NCBI RefSeq assembly: GCF_001194135.2
Contig: NC_068992.1
Coordinates: 22,170,554-22,234,553, forward strand
DNA length: 64,000 bases
Source: Octopus bimaculoides
Lineage: Eukaryota
Reading direction: 5' to 3'
In this document: piece by piece, positions 26,595-38,852 of the stretch
How positions within the stretch are numbered: position 1 is the first letter of the stretch
Layout of the letters: each line of letters begins with the position of its first letter
Notes under the pieces: generated by a model
Databases searched by the model: none
What the model was told of the DNA's origin: nothing
Seen by the model: the letters and a program-made list of their open reading frames with translations, nothing else
Program-made: the position numbers and the translations under genes

Positions 26595-27010
26595 TTATAT
26601 TTTTTATCTTTTACTTGTCTCAGTCATTGGACTGCGGCCATACTGGGGCACCGTCTTGGAGAAGTTTTGGCCGATAGAATCGACCCCAGAACTTATTTTC
26701 TTGTTATGCCCGGTACTAATTCTATCGGTTTCTATTGCCGAACCGCTACGTTACGAGGACGTAAGGACATCAACACCGGTTGACACGTTGTGGTGGGAGA
26801 CAGAGACACAAAGACACACACACTGTGTTGAAAGCGTCCGATGAATTTAAGGCCCCGAAGCACTATGTGCTACGGAAAACAGATCAATGAGCGCTGCTCT
26901 TCAGTTGGTGGAATTGAAGTTATTTCATTTTCCGTCGACCAAACCCACACACAAAGCTTTGTGGAACCATATGGGTTGGAAGCAAGCTTCTTACCATACA
27001 GTCACAGCTG
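26595..27010 (-). mobile_element. SINE family A with internal deletion
   Basis: GACTGCGGCCATACTGGGGCACCG...GTGGAACCATATGGGTTGGAAGCAAGCTTCTTACC. Confidence 0.75.
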
Positions 27011-27039
27011 CACTTGAAAAGAAGAATTTATTTGAATTT

Positions 27040-28135
27040 AAAACACGAGAGACAAAAGTTGCAAAGGAAGAATAGAGCAGATTCCATAACAAATTAATCA
27101 TCTTTACAACTCCAAATATATTTGGAGAGTGATAGGAAGAGGCGTGTTTCTGAGCGTCTGAATGTGCGGACAAGTATGTTGCATCAATCATATTTTTAAA
27201 TAGATTTTCAGCTATCCATATATAGTTGTTTGTTTCATTGTTATTTGCAAGACATACATAAGCTCGATAAACCAATGCTATAGAACGGGGCATGTGGTGA
27301 GAGGGCAGATATTAAAGTTGTTGCATTTACTTAGGGGAGAAGAATTGTGAGTACTACTGGACAGTTTCCATTTTTCCGTAGTGGTTATTGAAACAATGAA
27401 TGATTTTACAGCAGCTGTAGCTCACCTGAACGCTATATTTCAGTTCTAATGATTTCTATGGTCTGCGGGGAGAAGTGCTTATAAAGTTTACAAAACTCCT
27501 GAGAACATTGGAATGAACATTTCAACAATGACAGATAACACTATATTTCGTTTCCTGTTTTAGCGTCTTAGATTATTAGCACTGTTCTGATGATAATGTA
27601 TATCCCTGAAGTTTCCCTCTGTTAATGTGTCATGGTAATAATGAGAACTACAGTTAAAGCATTCATTGCTAGGGAATAAGATCGATATGCGTTAATATTA
27701 TTAACTAAATTCTTAAGATTCTAAGGATTATTACGGGATAGTTGGAATTTATTTTAACATAATTTAATTATAAGATAAATATTTGCCAGTACCAAAATGT
27801 AGGGTTATATCTAAGAAATTAAACTTACTTTGATTAATGTCTACTGTAGTATTTTAGTATTTTTGATCAAACTCTTTGAATATGTTGATGAATTCCTTCC
27901 TAATAGCATGCTTTGTGTGGCCATTTATACCGTACATGGTGATCAATCAATCGTCATGGTTAAGAATGAACCTTACATAAATTTATGACGTACAAACCTA
28001 TCAATTCACAAACTTCAATGCCATAACACGATCCAATGGCTATACTAAACATTACAGGTGAAATAGGTGATATACTATTTGAACAGTGGGTTTAGCGTTT
28101 ATAATAAGAATTATCGTAAAATAGCAAAGTGATGC
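27040..28135 (-). mobile_element. Penelope-like element remnant: RT C-terminal part plus GIY-YIG endonuclease
   Basis: Minus-strand motifs in order: MFSIAIGSCYGIEVCELIGLYVINL (cf. FDVTMGSYDGAEICELVGLY), RKEFINIFKEF...NFLDITLHFGTGKY, NRKRNIV, EFCKLYKHFSPQ, SVQVSYSC, LVYRAYV...NYIWIAENLFKN (GIY-YIG-like). Many stops. Confidence 0.8.
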
Positions 28136-28390
28136 ACTATGAGAACAGGTCCGAAATTATCAAGATGCGAAGTGAACTTCTTATACACATAGCTCTGTCT
28201 GTGGACACCTCTAAATCGGTAAAATATCGGAATAAATTGTTTGATCGTCCGATCATGGAATTAATGGTTCAACTTTATTTGGTAACATCACTCGACTTTA
28301 CTTTCCATATTGTGATTTTCTACTCATATACCAGACATTTATCGTGGGTGTCATTTGAACTACAATCGTACCTCCCTCATAGGAGGTTAG
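28129..28390 (+). mobile_element. Inverted 5' segment of the same Penelope-like RT
   Basis: The plus-strand ORF contains FHIVIFYSYT (ttccatattgtgattttctactcatatacc), which is close at codon level to the PLE RT motif FDIVDFYPSI. Confidence 0.6.
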
Positions 28391-28674
28391 CTTAACTCAC
28401 CTGACTCGTGATTGAATAAGGCAGATGGAAACTGTACGATAAGCATGATGGGTAACTTGTATTTGTTTGTCCTTCCGTGGAAGACATAATCCATCACCAG
28501 ATTTCACATATTTACCCAGGCTTTGGGTACTTTTAGTGGTGTCGACTCTTTGCAGTCAAAGTCTTCGCTCTTGGTAAATTTACTGCCCTCATTGTCTTCT
28601 ACCAGTCTTGGAAATCCTTCAAAGTATCATAAACGCTACACTTCCTTTCCTGGCTAAGCCGTAAGAATATTAAT

Positions 28675-28875
28675 TTCAATTTTGGCACAAGGCCAGTAAT
28701 TTCGGGGTGCGTTAGTCGATTACATCGACCACAGTAGTTAAATTGTACTTACTTTATCGACCCCGAAAAGATGATAGGCAAAGTCAACCTTGAATTTGAG
28801 TAATTTGAACTCAGATCATAAAGACGGACGAAAGGCCGTTAAGCATTTTGCCTGACGTACTAACGATTCTGCCAG
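28675..28875 (-). mobile_element. SINE family B
   Basis: Family B body in reverse. Confidence 0.85.
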
Positions 28876-28904
28876 CTTAAGATGCGTACTAATGTAATAA
28901 GTGA

Positions 28905-29600
28905 AGGCGCGTGATGTACTGGTCAGGATGTTGCACACACGATCCCCCAAATCATGGTTTCGATTTCCAGACCGGTGATGTGTTGTCTCTATGAACATAA
29001 GACTTCATTTCATGTAGCTCATTTTATGTAGCTCATTTCACGAACATAATTTCATTTCATGTAGCTCATTTCACGAACATAACTTCATTTCATGAACATA
29101 ACTTCGTTTAATGAACATAACACTTCATTTCATGTAGCTCATTTCATGAACATAATTTCGTCTCATGAACATAACACTTCATGTCATGTTGCTCATTTCA
29201 TGAACATAACTTCGTTTCATGAACATAACACTTCATTTCATGTAGCTCATTTCATGAACATAATTTCGTCTCATGAACATAACACTTCATGTCATGTTGC
29301 TCATTTCATGAACATAACTTCATTTCATGAACATAACACTTCATTTCATGTAGCTCATTTAACGAACATAACTTCATTTCATGAAGATAACACTTCATTT
29401 CATGAAGATAACACTTCATTTCATGAAGATAACACTTCATTTCATGAAGATAACNNNNNNNNNNTCATGTAGCTCCAATCAACTCAGCTGATAATGAGTA
29501 ACCTTGCGACGAACTGGCAACCCGTTCAAATAGAAATGTGATTTTGGTTCCTCATACCATGGAAACTGGGGAATCAGTTTTATGATTCCTCAGTTTCGAG
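28905..29600 (+). mobile_element. SINE family C interrupted by a minisatellite
   Basis: Head at 28905-29005. The core resumes at 29465 (TCATGTAGCTCCAATCAACTCAGCTG...GCGACGAACTGGCAACCCGTTC). Confidence 0.75.
29000..29470. repeat. Minisatellite: 54-bp units forming a 108-bp higher-order dimer, then 21-bp units
   Basis: Units built from TTCATTTCATGTAGCTC and TTCATGAACATAACAC. Terminal (TTCATTTCATGAAGATAACAC)n runs into a 10-N gap. Confidence 0.9.
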
Positions 29601-29752
29601 ACAGACATGTTCAAGTGTTAATGATAATGATAATAACGAAAGGAATGGTTTATCAGGTATATTTGCATTAACTCTCTTGGTCTGCATCATATTTATCCTT
29701 GTTGGTAATTTTGTCATCTTTAAAGCAATTTACTATTGAAACATTTACTGCC

Positions 29753-30075
29753 AGATTTCAGTATTCTAATAAAATTCCTGATCTTCTAAAATTCAATCTC
29801 TATCTAGCGAAATGAGGAGGTGAAAAACAATTATTTCGACTGATGATATTTGGATACATAAATATTGCAAAGTAATAAATAGTTAATAAGAAATATATCC
29901 TCCAGCAATAACAAGGGAAGTTTTGCTCTCATCTTCATTGTGTTTCATACTATCAAGATAAATGTTCTTCAATAATAGATTAACCTGTGAAAACTACACA
30001 TATTGTGAAATTTAGTTTCCTATTTCTTTGTAGTTTTTCTGTTTCCAACACGGACAGGAAGATAACCTGGAATAC
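29753..30075 (+). repeat. Duplicated non-coding block B (copy 1; copy 2 at 34062-34420)
   Basis: Shared GAAATGAGGAGGTGAA, TGATATTTGGA, AAGTAATAAATAGTTAATA and TTCAATAATAGATTAAC. Confidence 0.8.
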
Positions 30076-30278
30076 AAATTTACGCACACACATACATACA
30101 CACGTGCACATGAATACATAAATAGATACAGACAAACATATATAGATACATTCGCACACACACAGACACACACACACACAGACACAGACAGACACATACA
30201 CACACACACACACACAGACACCCACACACACAGACACACACACACAGACACACACACAGACACACACACACACACACA

Positions 30279-30337
<59 letters not shown>

Positions 30338-30696
30338 TCTAATAAAAACTTTTACAAAGTGCAAACATAATAAACCATATATCTTTTGTTTGGGACAGAT
30401 AAGTAAACGTATGTACCGTCATAGAGATCAGCTGTGAGAATATCTCTTTGAAAATCAAACAAAAAGAGAATAACTATGGCCAACTGCTTTGAAACTTCCA
30501 TCCATACGAAGTAAAATAATGAGACTTGTTTGAGATATTTCAGAGAACAATTACAGAAGAAAAATGAAAATAGAAACAAATAAAAAGTATGACTAACCTT
30601 GATTAAATACAACAGACTGGAGTTTCTCCAACGCCGCCGTGAGCACTACATCCTTTGTACAATGTGAAAAGTGTACTATCAGGCGATGTTATACTA

Positions 30697-30778
30697 TGAA
30701 ACAACGCTGATATAAAGTTTTAAAATCACGCAAACTGCAGTTTGCGTGATTTTAAAACTTTATGTCAGCGTTGTTTCA
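30697..30778. repeat. 82-bp spacerless palindrome (one mismatch)
   Basis: TGAAACAACGCTGATATAAAGTTTTAAAATCACGCAAACTG | CAGTTTGCGTGATTTTAAAACTTTATGTCAGCGTTGTTTCA. Confidence 0.97.
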
Positions 30779-30784
30779 CAAATC

Positions 30785-31210
30785 TGGATTTGAGAACAAG
30801 GTAAAAAATATTGAGAGGAGGGGATTTGTTGATACTATCGATCCCTAGTACTTCACTTTATCTTTTTACTTATCAAGGATAAAAAGCTAAGTTGACTTCA
30901 GTGGGATTTGAACTTAGAATGCAAAGACACAGAACACTTACCATGATAAAAGTTCTCCCAATGTACTAATGATACTGCCAGTTTGGCGCCTAGACGAATA
31001 AAATATTTATTTCTAGTCTTGATACAAGACCGACAATTTTGAGGGTAGTGGAGAAATTGATTATATCGAAATCATTACTCAGCTCGTTCTTATTTTACCA
31101 ACCTCGAAAGGATGACGGGCGAAGTTGGCTTCGGCGGGATTTGAACACAAAATGCAGATAGCCATAAGAAATGCCATGTTGTCCATCGCTGTAACGATTT
31201 TGTTGGATCG
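30785..31210 (-). mobile_element. Two adjacent diverged SINE family B copies
   Basis: Both show GGGATTTGAAC(T/A)...AAATGC and the AAGGAT...AAAG...GACTTC core in reverse. Confidence 0.7.
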
Positions 31211-31384
31211 TTGGCTTTTGGAGTGTGAAACAACGGAGGATTTTCTGGACATTATAGATTGTTTGACAGGAAAACGATCTAGAATCCACTACGTTAGATT
31301 TATAGAAGAAAGTGTGGATATCAGGCTGAAGTAAAATAATATATTAACAGTAGAGGTTTTGTTAATGATCAGAATATAACCATG

Positions 31385-31850
31385 AACAAAACGACATTGT
31401 TTTGGAAATTGATGTCCTTACCGATGAAAGGAAAAGCGTAACCAGGGTCAAAGTGATTAACGATCGATTGTCTAAGAATTTTATTGGATAGAAATACTGA
31501 TGGTGATTTGCAACAAATGCCTATGTTGTTATATCTTTCAGAAAACCAACATACTATTAAAAGGTGCAGCCAGTATTGCTTACTAGATTATCGGAAATCT
31601 AATACAAAAACTTGTGTTACAAAATCTTTATTTAAAGATTAGTTCAAGAATAGCTTTTGTTTCGAGAGCGAAGACTATGGTAAGTCTATAAATCTAGATT
31701 AATGCTTTCTTTTTAGATTTTGGACAATGCTTCAGGTCACCCAAATGCTCTTGGTGACATGTGAAAATGTTAAGGTTATAGTTTTACCACCGATATAGCA
31801 TCACTGTTAATGCCAGTGCATCAGGGAATGGCAGTAACATTCCCGGCCCA
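31385..31850 (+). mobile_element. pogo/Tigger-like DDE_1 transposase remnant
   Basis: Frameshifted translation FWKLM...NTDGD...MLLYLSENQ...ILDNASGHPNALGDM-ENVKVIVLPP...SLLMPVHQG, cf. Tigger LILDNAPGHP...VKVVFLPPNTTSLIQPMDQG. Confidence 0.8.
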
Positions 31851-32354
31851 CTGTCTATACATTTATGTGTATGTCTGTGTATATGTGCATTTCTGTGTGT
31901 ATGTTTGTAGGCATGTCAGTATAGTGAATATACAGTTGAAGAATTATACTTAGACAGCGTAAACTGTCATTTATTTTATGGATACATTTATCATTCTGAC
32001 ATAAAAACATCCGAGGCCAAATATGATAGGTGAGTTCTCATCAATCTAGGTGAACATTACCTAAGCCACGTCTTTTCCTCTTCAAATATATTTACGGAAT
32101 ATGCTGAGAAAATATTCAGTTTCCAGAGGTTTAAATGTAATTTTTCATTGTTTTCTTTTCCTTGCTTTGTCTACATATGGACAGTGTTTCTCGTTGCTCT
32201 GTCCCAGATCAACCATGATCGAAGATATTATTCCATGCGTGATCATCATGTCTGTTTACCAGACATGGTGCTCCGAGAACACCATTACCTATGTGTCCTC
32301 TTTATTTAAACAATAGGCTGCAATTGAATTAAGATCTGCTTACTTTTCCTAGCG

Positions 32355-32748
32355 AGTGGAGGCGCAATGGCCCAGTGGTTAGGGCAGCGGACTCACGGTC
32401 ATAGGATCGCGGTTTTGATTCTCAGACTGGGCGTTGTGAGTGTTTATTGAGCGAAGACACCTAAAGCTCCACGAGGCTCCGGCAGGGGATGGTGGCGAAT
32501 CCTGCTGTACTCGTTCACCACAACTTTCTCTCACTCTTACTTCCTGTTTCTGTTGTGCCTGTAATTCAAAGGGTCAGCTTTGTCATACTGTGTCACGCTG
32601 AATATCCCCGAGAACTACGTTAAGGGTACACGTGTCTGTGGAGTGCTCAGCCACTTGCACGTTAATTTCACGAGCTGGCTGTTCCGTTGATCGAATCAAC
32701 TGGAACCCTCGACGTCGTAAGCGACGGAGTGCCAGCAACAAAAAACTC
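32355..32748 (+). mobile_element. tRNA-derived SINE family D, full length with TSD
   Basis: A box TGGCCCAGTGG, B-box-like GGTTTTGATTCT, tail ending ACGGAGTGCCAGCAACAAAAA. TTCCTAGCG is duplicated at 32346-32354 and 32749-32757. Confidence 0.9.
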
Positions 32749-33140
32749 TTCCTAGCGGATCAAGTGGCTCTCATTGTCTCCCATGGACAGTGACTGGCTG
32801 AATCAGAAAAAATTCAGAACAAAATGACCTTCGGCATTTACTATTTAGTCTCTTTACTTTTCAGTTCAAATTCCAGCAAAGTACTGCACTTAAAAAAATT
32901 CTCGGTTTAAATAGCAACTTGCAACTTGAGTGCTTTTAGCGGTTTTAGAAGAGTGCTTTTTAATGTTCCTTTCCGTGCTTTTAGTTGCATGATTTCGATT
33001 TAGGTTTTTTCTCTGAAGCTAAATTTTCATCCTCAGAACCTTTCTGTTGTCTCGAACAACGTTTTAAAGATATCGGAGGCGTTGCTCTTCCATCGGTGGT
33101 TGACCTATAAAAATATCAAGACATGTACTAATGTAAGAAG

Positions 33141-33182
<42 letters not shown>

Positions 33183-33209
33183 GTGTGTGTGCGTGTATCT
33201 ATAGATATG

Positions 33210-33470
33210 TATATTGGTTTCAAATTTTGCCACAAGGCCAAAAATTTCGGAGGTGGGAGGTAATCGATTCCATTGACCCTAGTGTCTAATTGGTCCTTAT
33301 TTGTATCAAAGGATAACAACCCTCGATAAAATAAAGACCTTAATTTAAAAAACCCAGAAAGTATGAAAGACAATTCGACGTCAGGGGAATTTGAGCCCAA
33401 AATGTAAAACCGGAGGAAATGCCTCTAAGCAGTTCTCTCGGCGCGCTAAGGAAGCTGCCAGTCTATCGCC
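33210..33470 (-). mobile_element. SINE family B, diverged
   Basis: Family B body in reverse. Confidence 0.7.
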
Positions 33471-33514
33471 TTATTTGTAGTTATGTATATTACGTGTTTT
33501 TTTTCTACAAATAT

Positions 33515-33915
33515 CATTTTCTTTTATTTGTTTCAGCTATTTGACTGCGGCCATGCTGGAACACTTCCTATAGTCGAACAAATCGGCCCCCAGAACTTAT
33601 TCTTTGTAAGCCTAGTACTTATTCTATCTGTCTGTTTTGCCGAACTGCTTGGTTACGGGGACGTAAACATACCAGCATCGGTTGTCAAGCGATGGCGGCG
33701 GGATAAACGCAGACACACCCGCACGCACACACACACACACACACACACACGATGGGCTTCTTTCAGTTTCAGGCTACCAAATCCACTCACAAGGCTTTGG
33801 TCGGCCCGAAGCTATAGTAGAAGACACTTGCCCAAGGTGCTACGCAGTGGGACTGAGCCCGGAACCCTGTGGCTGGTAAGCAAGCTACTTAACACACATC
33901 CACTCCTGCGCCTGT
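33515..33915 (-). mobile_element. SINE family A, full length, low divergence
   Basis: Complete 3' module, CA tract, and 5' module with B-box-like GGGCTCAGTCCC on the minus strand. Confidence 0.9.
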
Positions 33916-34422
33916 TGTTTATAGGAAAAGTACTATAAAAATAAGTACTAGGGTCGATTTGATCCGACTAAACACTTCAAGGCGGGGCTCCAGCATGGCC
34001 AAAGTCCAAAGACTGTAACAACTAAAAAGAAAAAGAAAAAATAGAGAAAAAATAGTAAAAAAGATTTCAGGATTCTCATGAAATTCACGACCTTCCAAAA
34101 TCCAATATTGTATTTTAGAAGGTGTGTTCTTGTTGAAATGAGGAGGTGAATAAGAATTCTTTGAAATGTTGATATTTGGACATACAAAATTACGAAGTAA
34201 TAAATAGTTAATAGGAACTATGTCTTTAAGCAATACAAAAATTTGAGAATAATAATAAATGTTTTTCTCTCATCGTTGTTGCACCCAATAACACTAAGAT
34301 GAATGGTTTTCAATAATAGATTAACTTAGGTGAACAAAATCATTTAAAAAATTCTGTTTTATATTTTCTTCCAGTCTTTCTCTTTCCGATACAGGCAGGT
34401 ACATAACCAGAAATAATAATTC

Positions 34423-34473
<51 letters not shown>

Positions 34474-34745
34474 AACTCAGAAAACGTAATTTCTGTTTTA
34501 GTCTGTATATTACATGCAAGTGTTTCCCTATGTTGATTGTCCTTATTACGTATTACAAACGATTCACTTCCTCGGTATTATCGGATAAAAATACAATGTG
34601 GAAATATCTGCACGCCTGTATGAAAATTAGGTGCCAATTAGTTTGTATAGCAGAACAGAGAGCGATAGGTTGTGAGATAGTAGGATTGTGTGAGAGAGAG
34701 GTAATAGAATGGAAATAAAAAGACTATTATTGATGATTTTCAACC

Positions 34746-34797
34746 CTGACGAAGGAGGCCTGTTTTAAGGTAATATATGGAATATTTCTTCCGAACA
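34746..34797 (+). ncRNA. Degenerate hammerhead-like motif
   Basis: CUGACGA A GGAGG...CUUCC GAAC. Stem II is 5 bp, the GAAA lacks one A, and no clear stem III or stem I is present. Confidence 0.3.
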
Positions 34798-35589
34798 TAA
34801 ATTGCATTTCTTATCTTCCAATTACATAAGGCTCCGCCTCGCCTACAATTTCCATATTTCCATATTTTCACGCTTAAATACCAGTTATTAAATAGCAAAC
34901 TGGAAAGAACCCTAAAATGTGCGCACTATCACAGAAAAAACATTTAAATATTTTCCTAGAAAAGATTTTTAATTAATTATTACGTATGTTGGAAATATTA
35001 GACGTTACATGAAAAATATTAGTGCATTAACTTGTTCGCCTTTATATTATATTAGTAAAATATACTCCCACTGCAATTGTCCTTCATATACTTTTTTTTT
35101 TATCTTCAGTCCTGGACTTACTAATTTAAAACCTATTTCCTAAGCGAGTTATATATTGACTCGCTCCGGATTTTCCCAGCCAATTATTATCCTTCGTATG
35201 TAACACTTTACATAAGGATTACTCATATATCTAAGAGGATGTTATCTACATTTAGATATAAGGTTGATTTGTATAGGTGGAACTTACTTGTAAGGCTAGT
35301 ACCCTGGTTTTACAAGTAAATTCTGTGCATCTTATATTTTTAAATTTTATTTGACTTAGTGACCTCTAATTATATTAAAACTACCGCTGAAATTTAATCC
35401 TATTTGTTTCATTTAAGGCTAGTGGAAGAAATATATTCTGTCTTATTTTAATATCTAACATTCATGATTCGAAATTCAAAACATAGGGTCATCCTAGGGT
35501 AGATCTAATAACAGATTTTATAACCATATCAGCTTTCTCACTATTTCCTCTCATTCTTACCACTCAACATTAATCGCCCGCTACTAAAA

Positions 35590-35900
35590 TGCAAAGACCC
35601 TCTTTGGTAATAAATGACCATGGGATTGCACCTAGAAAGTTCCTCTCCAAGGCAAAGTCCGGGCGAAGTTGCTAGTCGAAGACCATCAGTTGTCCATGCA
35701 TACAAGCTACCGATGTTACCCAAGGGAAAGGCAAAGGCCGATACAGCTTGGCACTAGTGACATCGCAACTCAACTGAGTGAACTGGAGCAATGTGAAATA
35801 AAGTGTCTTGCTCAAGAACATAACACACATCCGGTCCGGCAATCGAACTCACTACCTCATGATTGGGAGCTCAATGCTCTAACCACTGAAATCCGGATGC
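35590..35900 (-). mobile_element. tRNA/CORE-like SINE with a distinct long tail
   Basis: Family C-like head and core (GCTCAAGAACATAACAC, GAACTGGAGCAATGTGAAATAAAGTGTCTT) joined to a different tail. Confidence 0.7.
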
Positions 35901-36230
35901 GGATGAATAAAGAAAATCCAAATGAAACCCACATTCCGAGATATCCAAACAGCAAAAACATATGTCGGACAGAAGCTTAAATTAAATATGCTGTATAAAT
36001 CACTGAAATAATAATAATAAAAAAAACTGTGTAGATGTATAATTCTCATTATTTATTTGAATTGTTTTGCATGTGCACCCAGTAATCCAAAGAAGCGAAC
36101 TCAGGATTCACCCATCGGATGAAATTGGGATTCGTTATAGTCCCAGGTTATTCCTTACCATACAATGCGGTCAACCAAAATTTGAATTATAATAGAGTGC
36201 ATGAACGGTACCTGCCTGAATCTATTATCC

Positions 36231-36265
<35 letters not shown>

Positions 36266-37854
36266 TGTATGTATGTATGCATGCATGTATATATACATAT
36301 ATATGTATATATATGTATATATATATATATATATATGCATTTATATTCATATATATATATACATGTATATATATATACATATATATNNNNNNNNNNNNNN
36401 NNNNNNNNNNNNNNNNNNNNNNNNNNNNNNNNNNNNNNNNNNNNNNNNNNNNNNNNNNNNNNNNNNNNNNNNNNNNNNNNNNNNNNNNNNNNNNNNNNNN
36501 NNNNNNNNNNNNNNNNNNNNNNNNNNNNNNNNNNNNNNNNNNNNNNNNNNNNNNNNNNNNNNNNNNNNNNNNNNNNNNNNNNNNNNNNNNNNNNNNNNNN
36601 NNNNNNNNNNNNNNNATATATAGATAGATAGATGTAGATATACATATATATATATATATATATATACATATATGTACATATATATATATATAGATATACA
36701 TATATATGTACACACACACACATACACACACACATACATATACAATTTATCTCTACGGATTTTCTATAGTATTCAGACCTGAAAGTTACGATGTTTCGTA
36801 GACGACAACGTGTATGTAAACAAGATCGAAGATAGAAAAATAGATAATTGATGTACATGCATATTTCAGGTGTTATTACTCTTCTTTCAGCATCATATCC
36901 GACCCCTTAAACCGTTGTATATATATCTACATCTATATACCGATCTGTCTGACTGGCTGTTTGTCTGACTGACTGTCTGCCTGCCTGACTGTCTGTCTGA
37001 CTAACTGTCTGTCTGACTAACTGTCTGTCTGTCTGTCTATCTATATGTGTATGCATTCGGTTTTATTGTCTTTTTACAACATGATCAGGTGTTATGATAC
37101 TCCTCTCATTAAAGAGAACAACGAATTACTTGAATTATTGGAATATGACGTCGATATATAATTTAAAAACGTGGTGGTGGGGGCTATCTTGAATTAGCCA
37201 TTAATACTTTCGAGAAAATTTTAAGAAAATTAAGTTGAACACTTGTATTCTTTTTTTTGCACTCATTTTGGCTTGAGAAGCAAGTTGTTTATATAAACCG
37301 CTGTAATATGTGATAAATTACAAATTCCGCATCTTTTAACCGTTGTTTGGACAACACTAAATCAGGAAATTAAAACTCAGGTACTTTTACAATTATTTTT
37401 TTTTACAGATTGTGTGTTTTTTTCACATTTTTTCCCGGCTATTTCAACGAGATTATCATCACTTAAGTCTTTTGAATAGGAAGCTAATAACACACTAATA
37501 TCTCTCGCATCAACATCCTCGAAGCCAAGTTCTCATTCAATGGTAGTAATTTCATCAATGAGTTCGTTTACAGGAATTTTGAAGACCACTGGAATCATTA
37601 TCGCATTCAGGTAAAAGATTTCGTCACACTGCTCTCACACAGCAGGCTACCACTTTTTCCTATAATTCATGAATATTATTAATTGCTTATTATTGTTAGA
37701 TTTTTTTACAAAATTCTCGAAGAGTGATAGCATTCTTTTCAGTTGCAACTTTAACTACCCGAAAATTCTTCAAACATAATAGACATTGAATATAATTAAT
37801 TTCCGCTGGTTCGTGTGCTGCAAAGATAGTGTCGTAATTATACAACCTAATAAT

Positions 37855-38852
37855 GATTACAAATTTTGGCATAAAGCTAAAAATTTCGGAGGAGGGGGTA
37901 AATCGATTACATCAACCCTGTTATTCAACTGGTACCTATTTTATCGATCTCCGGAGGATGAAAGGCACAGTCGGACCTCGGCGGAATTTGAACTCAGAAC
38001 GTAAAGACGGACGAATCGCCGCTAAGCGTTTTGCCCGGCGCGCTAACGATTCTACCTTTATGCAATCTAATAATAAAAAAGTTATTTATGAATTAAGAAA
38101 ATCTCGAACGTAAGAGAAAAGCAGTGAAATTAGCGTTAGAAAATCGGGTAAAAATAACCCCTTTGACAAAAAAGAAAAAAACAACAACAGGAAATGGATA
38201 ACAGCTGCTACAGAGAATCGAAACCTGTACCGTCAAGTTTTAAGTCTACAATTAATAACATTTCATTTTCATTATTTTCTGCAGAGGAAGGCGGCTAGCT
38301 GGCAAAGTCGTTAGCACGTTGGGCAAAGTGCTTAGCGGTATTAAGGTCTGTCTTTACGTTCTGAGTTCAAATTCCGCCGAGGTCGACTTTGCCTTTTATC
38401 CTTTCGGGGTTGATAAATTAAGTACCAGTTACGCACTGGGGGTTGATGTAATCAACTTAATCCCTTTGTCTGTCCTTGTTTGTCCCCTCTATGTTTAGCC
38501 CCTTGTGGGCAATCGTTAGCACGCTGGGCAAAATGCTTTCGTCTGTCTTTACGTTCTGAGTTCAAATTCTGCTGAGGTCGACTTTGCCTTTCATCCTTTC
38601 GGGGTCGATAAATTAAGTACCAGCTGCGTACTGGGGTCGATCTGATCGACTGTTCGCTCCCGCACCTCCCCAGAAATTTCGGGTCTTGTACCTAGAGTAG
38701 AATATATTATTTTCTGCAGTGATTTCACTGCGGACAACTTTGCTTTCATCCTTTCGGAAGCGATAAAATAAGTACCAGTTGAATATTGGGGTCGATGTAA
38801 TCGACTTACCCCCTCCCCCCAAATTGCTGGCCTGGTGCTAAAATTTGAAACC
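37855..38852. mobile_element. Cluster of four family B SINEs (one minus at 37855-38055; three plus at 38285-38510, 38513-38700, 38722-38852)
   Basis: Repeated CGTTCTGAGTTCAAATTC...CTTTCATCCTTTCGG bodies. A 16-bp TSD flanks the last copy. Confidence 0.9.

Noticed and set aside
29000-29470. CRISPR-like array
   Set aside because: There are no unique spacers. It is a minisatellite in eukaryotic DNA with no cas genes.
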